A DNA stretch of 64,000 nt from NCBI GenBank assembly GCA_963769025.1, contig CAVYKI010000003.1, positions 352,001-416,000 of the forward strand, in the 5' to 3' direction. Each line of letters opens with the position of its first letter. The stretch's first letter is position 1. Made by a program: the position numbers and the translations under genes. This document shows, one piece after another, positions 22,105-30,827 of the stretch. The notes beneath the pieces were generated by a model that did no database searches, was not told the origin of the DNA, and saw only the letters and a list, made by a program, of their open reading frames with translations. The DNA comes from an uncultured Verrucomicrobiae bacterium. GTDB taxonomy: Bacteria > Verrucomicrobiota > Verrucomicrobiia > Chthoniobacterales > Chthoniobacteraceae.

Positions 22105-22527
22105 TTATTCAAAATCCAAACCGTCGAACGACAGTCTCGGCCATACCTCGCGCACCATCTGCAGCGCCAGATGCTCGCCGATGAATGTGACCAGCAGTCC
22201 GAGCAACTGCGCGACCAGAACCACATTGCCCACGGCCATCTCCTCCGCGTCTGCCCACACATCAGTTCCGTCGAATCCTTCCACAGTGCCGTCCGCCCTG
22301 ACCTGCAGCCTGCACAGCGACGGAGTCTCCGCTTTGGCCAGCATGAGTGCGCGCGAAATGAGCCCCCGGAAGCCGGTGGTCCCCATGAGCGTCGCCAGAT
22401 GCGGACGCAGCTTCTCGAATATCTGGAGAGCCGTGGGGCCATTGATCCCGGAGGATTTGTTTCCCTTCGTCTCATCGGCGATGAGACGCTCGGCGAAAGC
22501 CCGCAGCTTGGGAGTGGTCCGGCTCAT
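22105..22527 (-). CDS. Hypothetical helical protein heading the KaiC-like operon
   Basis: 140-aa ORF ending 11 nt before the ATPase start, with an AAGGAC RBS in between. Confidence 0.7.
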   Translation of the reverse strand: MSRTTPKLRAFAERLIADETKGNKSSGINGPTALQIFEKLRPHLATLMGTTGFRGLISRALMLAKAETPSLCRLQVRADGTVEGFDGTDVWADAEEMAVGNVVLVAQLLGLLVTFIGEHLALQMVREVWPRLSFDGLDFE

Positions 22528-22630
22528 TTAGAAATCCAAATTGCACACGACCCAGCTTGGGCGTGACAGGGTGGAACCGCGAGTGGAAAAGGCGGCCGGT
22601 GCATGTCTGCAGTTTGTCATCCTCCATCCA

Positions 22631-22774
22631 GCGATGGGATGTCACGCAAAGGCGCAAGGACGCAAAGAAGAAGCTGAAGCGGACCAGCAGGCATTCACCC
22701 GGCGGGTGGGTGTGAACCAATGCACATCCCTTTGCGTCTTTGCGCCTTCACGTGACATCTCTTCATCCCATCGC
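22631..22774. repeat. Long inverted-repeat (REP/MITE-like) element built of CGCAAAG/CGCAAGG units
   Basis: 22638-22667 pairs with 22730-22759 (27/30 by eye). Outer arms gcgatgggat (22631-40) and atcccatcgc (22765-74). Inner hairpin cacccggcgggtg. Confidence 0.8.
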
Positions 22775-22785
22775 CGCTTTCAGGG

Positions 22786-23060
22786 TCATTCGCTTCTCGT
22801 CCCGGCGCGCGCGCCGTATCGAGCGCGCCTGTCAGTTCCGCGACGCGATTCGCGCAGCGTTTTCCCCAGCACGCGCTCGCCGCAGCGCAGGCGCGCGAGG
22901 AGTTGCAGGCTGTCGATCGGCTTGCTGAGGAAATCATCCACGCCGGCTGACAATGCGGCGAGCGCATCCGCGGGCTCGGCTCGCGCGGTGACCATGACGA
23001 AGTAAGAGAGGATGTTGACACAGCCTGCCCGTCATTCGCCACGGTCACCTCGGGATTCGC
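22786..23060 (-). pseudogene. Internally deleted response-regulator receiver remnant (PleD-like)
   Basis: PEVTVANDGQAV in one frame is joined almost directly to YFVMVTARAEPADALAALSAGVDDFLSKPIDSLQLLARLRCGERVL in another. The phospho-Asp region is missing. Confidence 0.6.
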
Positions 23061-23081
23061 AGACGCCGCCTGCGCCAGCGA

Positions 23082-23876
23082 TCAACGCAGCTTCGCCAGC
23101 GTCTCGCGGCCGAGGCGCTTGGTCTCGGTGTCGTCCTTTTCCACGCTCGCCATCGCAAGGCCCTTCGAAATCAAACGCCGCGCCTCTTCCTTCCTGCCCA
23201 TCGCCGCGTAGGTGCGCCCGAGCTCGATCTGGTGCATGAGACGGTTGGGATTGATCGCGATGGCCTTCTCGAAGCACGCCACCGCGGCCTCGTTCGTTGA
23301 GGAAGGCAGCTTGCCGTAGAGCATCGAACCCATCGCCCGCTTGAACGAGCTCACCTCGGCGATTGCCCTGTGCCAGCGCCCGAGGATGTACCAGGCCGTG
23401 TCGTTGCGCGGGTCGAGCCTGAGCGCCCTGTCGGCGGAGGCCTTGATGAGCGCCGACGCCTCGACCTGCTCCTTGCTGCCTTCGAACGGAAGCATCTTCC
23501 CGTACGTGATCGCGAGGGCCAGCTGCGCTTCGGAATCGTTCGGCGCGAGCGCAGCCGACCGGCGTGCGTATTCCAGCGCGACATTGCCGAGCAGGAGCTT
23601 CTGGTCGCGCGATGAGGCATCCGTCATCAGGTGGCGATACTGCCGTGAAATGTTGACCACGATGCGCACATTCTTCGGGTCCAGCTTTTGCGCCGGGAGA
23701 TAATATTGAAGCGCCTCGGTGGCTTGGAACGCCTTGTCGCAAGCATCTCCCTTTTTGATGAGCTCCTCGGCGGGGGTTTCGGCGCGGCCCGCCATGCAGG
23801 TGAGCACGAGCACCGCGACCGCGGAAATTACTTTGAGGGTGGGATGAATACTGCGGGAGGGAAGGAGGGGAGTCAT
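23082..23876 (-). CDS. Secreted TPR protein resembling eukaryotic RMDN/FAM82
   Basis: Signal-like N-terminus. ALEYARRS...EGSKEQVEASALIK...LDPRNDTAWYILGRW...MLYGKLPSSTNEAAVACFEKAIAINPN...ELGRTY. Confidence 0.7.
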   Translation of the reverse strand: MTPLLPSRSIHPTLKVISAVAVLVLTCMAGRAETPAEELIKKGDACDKAFQATEALQYYLPAQKLDPKNVRIVVNISRQYRHLMTDASSRDQKLLLGNVALEYARRSAALAPNDSEAQLALAITYGKMLPFEGSKEQVEASALIKASADRALRLDPRNDTAWYILGRWHRAIAEVSSFKRAMGSMLYGKLPSSTNEAAVACFEKAIAINPNRLMHQIELGRTYAAMGRKEEARRLISKGLAMASVEKDDTETKRLGRETLAKLR

Positions 23877-24030
23877 TGGAGTTAACGACCAGTCGTTCGC
23901 ATTTGCTAACGATCAAATGAAAAATCATTCGGATTTGATCGCCCGACTCGCCCCGTTCGCAGGCACCGTCATCCCTCTGAAATCCCCGCCATCGGGACAT
24001 TCGCCGCGAGGGCTCATCTTTTCCCGCCTC

Positions 24031-25404
24031 TCAGCGGCCCTCGATGATCCGCCCTGCATTGAGCAGCTGCGCCTCGCCGAGCCGCGGGCCGATGAGTTGC
24101 AGGCTGGTGACCGGCACCGTCCTGCTCTTCACCGGAATCGGGATCGCGAGCGCGGGATTCCCAGCCAGGTTCACCGCCACCGTGGCCTGCACGGCCAGCA
24201 CGCGCGCTTCAAACGCCGGAGATCCCCCGAACAACGGAATCTTTGGCGGCAGGCTCTTGAGCGTCGGCAACGCGATGAGGTCCACCTTCCTGAACATGGC
24301 GTTCAGGGTGCGCTGCCATTGTGCCCGCCTCGTGAGGGCGGCCTCGTAGTCCGTTTTGTAGTTGATGGAGCCGAGAACGAGGATGGCCTTGGTCAGTCCG
24401 CTGACTCCCGTCTTGTCCATGAAATTGCCGTCAGTGAGCCAGCCGCTCGCGGAGGTGATGATGTCCCCGTCGCTTTCCGCCTGCTCCCACTGCGCCTTGA
24501 AAGCCGCGTCCAGCGCGACAACGTCGAACCCCCTCGCCGCAAGAGCTTCATCGATCGCGCGGTCGATTTTTTCGTCAGTCCCGTCCACGTAGAGCCGTCC
24601 GATCCGGATGCCGCGGGCGGAAGGCCGCGCTGCGGTGGCCCGCGCATATTTTCCGGCAAACCCGCGCTGCAACAAATCCATGCCCTGCACGACGCCACGG
24701 ATGTCCCTGGCCAGCGGGCCGACGGTGTCCAGGTGCTGCGCTGAGATCGGATACACGCCATCCAGCGGGATGAGCCCGAAGGTCGTCTTCAACCCGACGA
24801 CGCCGCAACAGGCCGCAGGGACACGGATGGAACCCCCCGAATCCGTCCCGAACGCGATGTCGGCACTGCCATTCGCGACCACCACCGCGGAACCGCTGGA
24901 CGATCCGCCCGGGATAATCCGATGCCTCCGGTTCACCGGGTTTTTCGGCGTTCCGAAATACGAATTGATGCCGGAAACCCCGAGCCCAAATTCCGCCAGA
25001 TTCGTTTTCCCGACGAGCTTTACGTTGCGCTCCCGGGCTATCGCCAGGCACTTGGCGTCCTTCACGGCCGGTGCATTGTTTTTTGCAAAATGTCGCGAGC
25101 CCGCCGTCGTCACCACATCCTGGATGTCGATGAGATCCTTGACCGCCAACCGCAGCCTCGCATCGTCCCCTCCGGGCGGCCAGTAGGCGGTATAGGCGCG
25201 ATCCGGGGAGCTGCGGGCGGCGCGGTTTTTGGGGGCGATGCAACCGGTGAAAAAGTTCACTGCCGCCGTCGCAGACAGGATGTATGCGACCATCCGGGAT
25301 CGGGTATCCATGGGAATCGGCATCGTCTCCGGCGCCGAATTTGGCAAGCCTAGTTTGGATCGCGGAGGCGTCCCCGATCGCTTCCGAAATGTACGGAAGC
25401 GCAT
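24031..25404 (-). CDS. Amidase-signature family amidase, probable lipoprotein (start uncertain, probably downstream at MPIPM/MVAY)
   Basis: AVKDLID, GKTNLAEF, PGGSSSGSA, GTDSGGSIRVPAACCGVVGLK. Lipobox FTGC. Confidence 0.9.
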   Translation of the reverse strand: MRFRTFRKRSGTPPRSKLGLPNSAPETMPIPMDTRSRMVAYILSATAAVNFFTGCIAPKNRAARSSPDRAYTAYWPPGGDDARLRLAVKDLIDIQDVVTTAGSRHFAKNNAPAVKDAKCLAIARERNVKLVGKTNLAEFGLGVSGINSYFGTPKNPVNRRHRIIPGGSSSGSAVVVANGSADIAFGTDSGGSIRVPAACCGVVGLKTTFGLIPLDGVYPISAQHLDTVGPLARDIRGVVQGMDLLQRGFAGKYARATAARPSARGIRIGRLYVDGTDEKIDRAIDEALAARGFDVVALDAAFKAQWEQAESDGDIITSASGWLTDGNFMDKTGVSGLTKAILVLGSINYKTDYEAALTRRAQWQRTLNAMFRKVDLIALPTLKSLPPKIPLFGGSPAFEARVLAVQATVAVNLAGNPALAIPIPVKSRTVPVTSLQLIGPRLGEAQLLNAGRIIEGR

Positions 25405-25410
25405 TCCCGA

Positions 25411-28400
25411 CTAAGGCAGCAACAGCGCGCGGTAAAAGCGGGAGAGGTGCGTGTCCAGGACGCCCGGGTCCTGCACCTCGGTGGTCGCGCCGGTCGCCTT
25501 GAAGTCCGCGCCGAGCGGCATCCACGTGGGATCGTCGGGGGTGTCCTTGTATTCGATCCGGTAGTTGCGACCGGCGACGGATTTCAGGGTGAGGTAAAAA
25601 TCCGCGCCGTCCGTGCGCACTTCGACAATGCTCAGCGGGTCCGCCGCGTCGCGGGGATTGCTGCGCTGCTGGAACTCCCGAAGGTTCGACACCCCGTCGC
25701 CATCGGCATCGAGCGCGGCGTCGGCGGGATCGTCCGGGTCGAAGAGGTGCAGATTTTCCCAGTAGTCGGGCATTCCGTCGGCATCCGTGTCCAGTGCCGC
25801 GATGGTGCAGTTGCCGTTCGATCTGAGGATCGTGGCATTGGTCGGATTGCTGAGACGTAGCAGAAAATTCGCCGACGGCTGCGCGAGGGTGCCGCCGTTG
25901 ACGCTCACATTCACCTGCGCAGTGGTGGAGCCTGCGAGGAAGGCGAGCGTGCCGGCGGCGGCAGTGTAATTCGTCCCCGCGATGGCCGTGCCGTCCACCG
26001 TGTTGAACTCAATGGTCACGTCGCGCACCGCCGCAGCGGAGAGCGTCACGGTGAATGTCGCCGTCACGGTGGCCGCCGCCGGGCCTTCATTGATGCTCAC
26101 GTCGTCGATGCTCAGCGATGGCAGCGCGCTCTCGACGGCTTTCGCGGCATTCACGCGCCCGTAGCCGTACTCGGGGTGCGTGCCCGCGGTGTAAGTCACG
26201 CCGCCGACCTTGTCGCACGTCGCGCGCAAGATGGCGCGAACCTCGGCCTCGGTGAGCGTCGGATTCACCGAGAGCATGAGCGCCGCGATCCCGGCGGCCA
26301 GCGGCGTCGCCGCCGAGGTGCCGCCGAAGTTCATTTTGTAGTCGCCGGGCGTCCAGCCGACGGCGCCGACGGGATCGAGCGTCGCGATGTCGTTCCACCC
26401 GCCATTGCTCGGCGCGAGAAAGTCGAGATGCCCCGCGTAGCCGCTGTAGTCGCTGCGCAAGTCCGCGTCCGTCGCCGCGCCGACGGCGATGCTTTTCGCA
26501 TAGCTCGCCGGGTAGAGCGAATCCGGCGCGGTGGGATCGGGCGACCCGGTGAATGGCCCGTACGCCAGGCCCGTGAACATTCCGCTGACGCCGTCGAAAA
26601 GCAGGACGTAGAAATCCGAGTCGGGGGAAAAGGAAAACGACTGTGCAAACGCAACCGTCTCCGCGCCGGTCACGGTGAACGGCGGCGTGATGAAGATCGA
26701 ATATTGTCCGTCCATGAGCGGCGGCGAGACGGCCGAGTAAATCCCGCCCGTCCCCTTCAGCGCATTCGCCGTCTCGAACGTCCAGTAGGGCGCGGACGCA
26801 TCGCTCGTGAGGCCCTGCCACCAGCCGGAATTCGTGATGACGAACTGCCCGAACGACAGCCATGACTCAAAATCCTCGTCGGGCAGAATCGAAGGCATGT
26901 GCGTGTAGCCGTTCGCATCGAGCACGCACACGTTGTCGATGCGGATGGTTTCCTCGCCGGCGGAGGTCGCATTTTTCCCGTAGTAAAAGCCGAAGTAATA
27001 GCTGCCGTTCAGCCCCTGCGTGGAGAGCCGCACGCGCCCGCCGCCATTCATCCAAGTGCTCGCGGAGTTGCCCGTCGCGAAAAAAACCGGGCAGCCCTTG
27101 CCCCCTCGCCCGTGCGCCACGGCGTAGTCGATCGCCGCGTTGATGTACGGGCTTTCGCTGCCGCCGCCCCAGCTGTTGCTGAGCACATCCGCAAATGTGG
27201 ATGCATAGATGATCGCCGTGCCGATGCTGGCATCGGTCGCGAAGTCGCCGGTGTCGTCCGCGATCTTCACCGGCAAGATCGTGCAGTCGCCCGCGATGCC
27301 GGCGGTCGCCGCTGCGACGGTGAATTTCCCCGCGGCAATGCCCGCGGTGCCCGTGCCGTGGCCGTTCGAGCCGATGGGCGACGGATTGCTGTCATTGTTC
27401 GCGAAGTCCCAGCCCTGCACGTCGTCGGCAAATCCGTTGCCGTCGTCGTCGAGCAGGTTGGCGTCCTTTCCACCGCCGGCCTCGCCGGGGTTCGTGAAAA
27501 TGCGCAGGCCGGGATGCGCGATGTCCACGCCGTCATCGATGATGGCGATGACCACCGAGCTGTTGCCGGTGGTCCTGTCCCACGCGCTCGTCGCCCGCAC
27601 ATCCGCCCCGGCGACGGCGTGGTTCAGGCCGAGGTTTCGGAGCGCCTGCTGCGCGCTGAAGAGCGGGTTTGGCGGCGTGTAGGCGTGTCTGATCTCGCGG
27701 AGGAAATTCGGCTGCGCCCAGAGCACGCCCTTCGCCTGCGAGAGCGTGCGCGACACTTGCAGCGGATCAGCCGTCTTGGGCTTCAGCAGGCGCAACCGCC
27801 ACGCGTTGATCTTCCCACCGCCCACCCGCGCGACGATTTGCAGCCCGGCGCTCGCCGCGAGCGAACGCATCTGCGGGGGCGTCACATTTTCGCGAAACGC
27901 CGCGAGGATTTCATCCGTCGCGATCATCCGCGTGCGCGACTTCGGATCGACGAGCACGTGCCGCGCGTACGCGACGGAGGGCTCCGCCTGCATCGTCTTC
28001 GGGTCCATCGCCCGGCCCGGCTCCTTGGCGCGCATGATGTGAAAGCTCGCGCCGTTGCGGAACTGCGCGCGCGCGGCCTCGCCGTGCGCGGGAACGCCCT
28101 TGCGCGATTTCAGCGAGCCCAGCCCGCGGTCGCGCTCCGCCTTCGTCGAAAAAGTGATCGCCGCGCTGTCCGTCGCGCGCAGGAGCCGGATCTCCCGTGC
28201 GTCGGGCATGCGGAAAAAATCGCCCGCATCCGCCACCGCGTCCGCGCGCGGGACCGGCTGCGTGTTGAGTTTCCGGAAATCGTGGATGCGCGTCCCCGGC
28301 GGGATGCGCTGCACCTTCACATCCGCGGCACCCGCCGCCAGCCCGAGGCACAGCAGCAGCGCGACGCCACGCAGGGCAAACGCGCGGACGAACGTCGTCA

Positions 28401-28458
28401 CTTTGAAGAAAGCGATCCGTCCGCAAACTGAGCGAATCTTTGCGGCGGTGCGGTTCAA
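25411..28458 (-). CDS. Secreted S8 subtilase with an inserted beta domain, Calx-beta and DxDxDG Ca-binding repeats
   Basis: Triad IAIIDDGV / GHGTGTAG / FGGTSAATP, oxyanion ATGN. Calx-beta SIDDVSINEG...TAIAGTNY. DTDADGMPDYWE and DADGDGVSNLRE. TTG start uncertain. Confidence 0.92.
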   Translation of the reverse strand: MNRTAAKIRSVCGRIAFFKVTTFVRAFALRGVALLLCLGLAAGAADVKVQRIPPGTRIHDFRKLNTQPVPRADAVADAGDFFRMPDAREIRLLRATDSAAITFSTKAERDRGLGSLKSRKGVPAHGEAARAQFRNGASFHIMRAKEPGRAMDPKTMQAEPSVAYARHVLVDPKSRTRMIATDEILAAFRENVTPPQMRSLAASAGLQIVARVGGGKINAWRLRLLKPKTADPLQVSRTLSQAKGVLWAQPNFLREIRHAYTPPNPLFSAQQALRNLGLNHAVAGADVRATSAWDRTTGNSSVVIAIIDDGVDIAHPGLRIFTNPGEAGGGKDANLLDDDGNGFADDVQGWDFANNDSNPSPIGSNGHGTGTAGIAAGKFTVAAATAGIAGDCTILPVKIADDTGDFATDASIGTAIIYASTFADVLSNSWGGGSESPYINAAIDYAVAHGRGGKGCPVFFATGNSASTWMNGGGRVRLSTQGLNGSYYFGFYYGKNATSAGEETIRIDNVCVLDANGYTHMPSILPDEDFESWLSFGQFVITNSGWWQGLTSDASAPYWTFETANALKGTGGIYSAVSPPLMDGQYSIFITPPFTVTGAETVAFAQSFSFSPDSDFYVLLFDGVSGMFTGLAYGPFTGSPDPTAPDSLYPASYAKSIAVGAATDADLRSDYSGYAGHLDFLAPSNGGWNDIATLDPVGAVGWTPGDYKMNFGGTSAATPLAAGIAALMLSVNPTLTEAEVRAILRATCDKVGGVTYTAGTHPEYGYGRVNAAKAVESALPSLSIDDVSINEGPAAATVTATFTVTLSAAAVRDVTIEFNTVDGTAIAGTNYTAAAGTLAFLAGSTTAQVNVSVNGGTLAQPSANFLLRLSNPTNATILRSNGNCTIAALDTDADGMPDYWENLHLFDPDDPADAALDADGDGVSNLREFQQRSNPRDAADPLSIVEVRTDGADFYLTLKSVAGRNYRIEYKDTPDDPTWMPLGADFKATGATTEVQDPGVLDTHLSRFYRALLLP

Positions 28459-28634
28459 CTTCGGTTCTTCGCGGGGTGGAAAATCACGAGCTACCCCGCA
28501 CCTTTAGCAGCGCACGAGGTGTCCGCAAATGACATCACCGTCCTCCGTCCGACTTCGGAGCGCTCCGCAGACCGCCGCATGTCACCCGCGGAATGTTACG
28601 CGCAGCTTGCGACCTTCACCCCGCGGCGCCGCCG

Positions 28635-29774
28635 CTATCGCACGGAAAACTCGTGGACCGTCGTGGTGCGATACGTTTCGCCGGGCCGCAACACGGTGCT
28701 CGGGAAATTCGGGTGATTCGGGGAATCCGGGAAGTGCTGCGTCTCGAGGCAGAGGGCGAAGTTCTTTTTGTAAACCTTCCCGCCTTTGCCGGTGACGGTG
28801 CCATCGAGGTAGTTCGCCGTGTAGAACTGCACGCCCGGCTCGAGGGTCGAGACCTTCATCACGCGGCCGCTCTTGGGATCGTAAAGTTCCGCCGCGGGCT
28901 TGAGTGCGCGGGATGCGGCTTTTTCGAGGACGAAGTTGTGATCGTAGCCGCCCGGCGTACCCCCGACCTGCGCGATGTCCCTGCCGATGACTTTCGCCTC
29001 CGTGAAATCCATCGGGCCTCCGGCGACGGGCTCGATTTTTCCGGTAGGGATGCTGCCCTCGTCCACCGGCGTGAAGTGGCTCGCGTGCAACATGAGTTCG
29101 TGGCCGAGGATGTCGCCTTCGCCCGCGCCCGCGAGGTTCCAGTAGGCGTGGTTGGTGAGGTTCAGCACGGTCGGCTTGTCCGTCGTGGCCGTGTAGTCGA
29201 TGCGCAGTTCGTTCTTCTCGGTGAGCGTGTACGTCACGGTCGCGCGCAGCGTGCCGGGGTAGCCCTCGTCGCCGTCGGGGCTCGTGAGGGAAAAGCGCAC
29301 GCCGGCCGTCGCGTGCGGGATTTCCGCGGACCAGTTCTTTTTGTCGAAGCCCTTGATGCCGCCGTGCAGGTGGTTCGCGCCGTTGTTCGTCGCGAGCGTG
29401 TATTCCTTGCCGCCGAGCGTGAACTTTCCCTTCGCGATGCGGTTTGCGTAGCGGCCGGCGGTGCTTCCGAAAAACGGATGCGCGCCGAGCCAGCCGTCGA
29501 GCGTGTCGAAGCCGAGCGTGACGTCCGCAAATTTCCCGGCGCGATCCGGCACCGACATGCTCACGAGCGTCGCGCCCCACGTCATCACCCGCGCCGTGAG
29601 CCCGTGCGAGTTCGTGAGCGTGAAAACCTCGACCGCTTCGCCATCCTTCGTCTTTCCGAAAACCTCCTTCTGCACCGCGGGCGTTCCCTTTGCCGCGAGC
29701 GCGGTGCCGGAGGCGGGAAAAATGGCGAAGCCGAGTGCGGCGGAGACGACGGCGAGACGGGAAAGGGTGTTCAT
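28635..29774 (-). CDS. galM: Aldose 1-epimerase (mutarotase) with signal peptide
   Basis: GRYANRIAKG, NHLHGG, GDEGYPG, NLTNHAYWNL, GYDHNF, CLETQHFPDSPN. ATG 29774 MNTLSRLAVV. Confidence 0.93.
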   Translation of the reverse strand: MNTLSRLAVVSAALGFAIFPASGTALAAKGTPAVQKEVFGKTKDGEAVEVFTLTNSHGLTARVMTWGATLVSMSVPDRAGKFADVTLGFDTLDGWLGAHPFFGSTAGRYANRIAKGKFTLGGKEYTLATNNGANHLHGGIKGFDKKNWSAEIPHATAGVRFSLTSPDGDEGYPGTLRATVTYTLTEKNELRIDYTATTDKPTVLNLTNHAYWNLAGAGEGDILGHELMLHASHFTPVDEGSIPTGKIEPVAGGPMDFTEAKVIGRDIAQVGGTPGGYDHNFVLEKAASRALKPAAELYDPKSGRVMKVSTLEPGVQFYTANYLDGTVTGKGGKVYKKNFALCLETQHFPDSPNHPNFPSTVLRPGETYRTTTVHEFSVR

Positions 29775-29919
29775 GGCGGGAGGTGTTTCGGAGCCCGCGA
29801 AAAGCCCGCGCCGGAAGGCGGAGTCAATCCGAAAGCCGACGCGCGCCCCGGCGCAAGGGTCACTCAACTCCCGGGTCCCGGACGGGCCCGGCATTTGAAA
29901 TGTCAGCGTCGGGCGCGTT

Positions 29920-30666
29920 TCACTTCACCGGCGCTGTCGGCACGGCGGCGGGCCGCATCCACCCGGCGAGCTGCGGCGCGGCGGCGGGGAGTTCCTTCAT
30001 CACGAGTTCCGCCATGGCCCGCGCGCCCTTCTCGTTGAAGTGCGTGAAGTCGGTCGGCGCGTTCGCAAACTCGGGGCAGCGCTCCCTTCCGAGGCTGCGG
30101 AAAAGCCCGCCGCTCGAGGTGTGCAGATCGATCAGCGCCACTTTCTTCTCGGTGGCGACGGCCTTCATGGATTCGGAATACGGCTGGAGGATGTCCGTGA
30201 GCTTGCCGTCCGCGTCGAACGTGCGGCGGTGCATCGGCGTCACGAAAATCGGCGTCGCATTCACGGCGCGCGCCTCGTCCACGTAGCGGCGGAGGAAATC
30301 GCGGTAGTCCGTCGCCGCGTCGGTGGCCTCGGGCCGTGTCGGGGCGTGCGAGTCGTTGTGGCCGAATTGAATCAGCACCACGTCCGGTTTCTCCGCGAGC
30401 GTGCGCTTCCAGCGCCCCTCGGCGATGAAGGTCTTCGTGCTGCGCCCGCTCGCCGCGAGATTCACCACGCGCACCTTGTCATTGAAATATCCCGCGATGA
30501 ACTGCCCCCAGCCCTTGCACGCGTGTTCCGCGGGATAATCGCACACCGTCGAGTCGCCGATGATCGCGATGGTGAGTTTCTCAGGCGCGGCGGATTTCGC
30601 GGAGGCGAGCATCGCGGCGACGGCCAGCGAGAACGCGGTGGCGAGAAGCAGCGGGCGGCGAAACAT
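29920..30666 (-). CDS. SGNH rhamnogalacturonan acetylesterase (CE12-like), secreted
   Basis: IIGDSTV, GWGQ, NLAASGRSTKTF, IQFGHND, DFTHFNEKGA. Signal peptide present. Confidence 0.9.
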   Translation of the reverse strand: MFRRPLLLATAFSLAVAAMLASAKSAAPEKLTIAIIGDSTVCDYPAEHACKGWGQFIAGYFNDKVRVVNLAASGRSTKTFIAEGRWKRTLAEKPDVVLIQFGHNDSHAPTRPEATDAATDYRDFLRRYVDEARAVNATPIFVTPMHRRTFDADGKLTDILQPYSESMKAVATEKKVALIDLHTSSGGLFRSLGRERCPEFANAPTDFTHFNEKGARAMAELVMKELPAAAPQLAGWMRPAAVPTAPVK

Positions 30667-30827
30667 TCGCAATCGTGGTGCTGGTTTCAGTTCTCAGTCT
30701 GGGCTGGCTCGGTCCGCGGTGCGCGATTGTGCGTTTCTAAGTCCGCCATGGATCCCTGCCAAGCAGACAAAACGCAGCCTCGAGAAAACGAGTTGCGGGA
30801 CGCTTCGCAAATGGCCAAGCTGACTTC

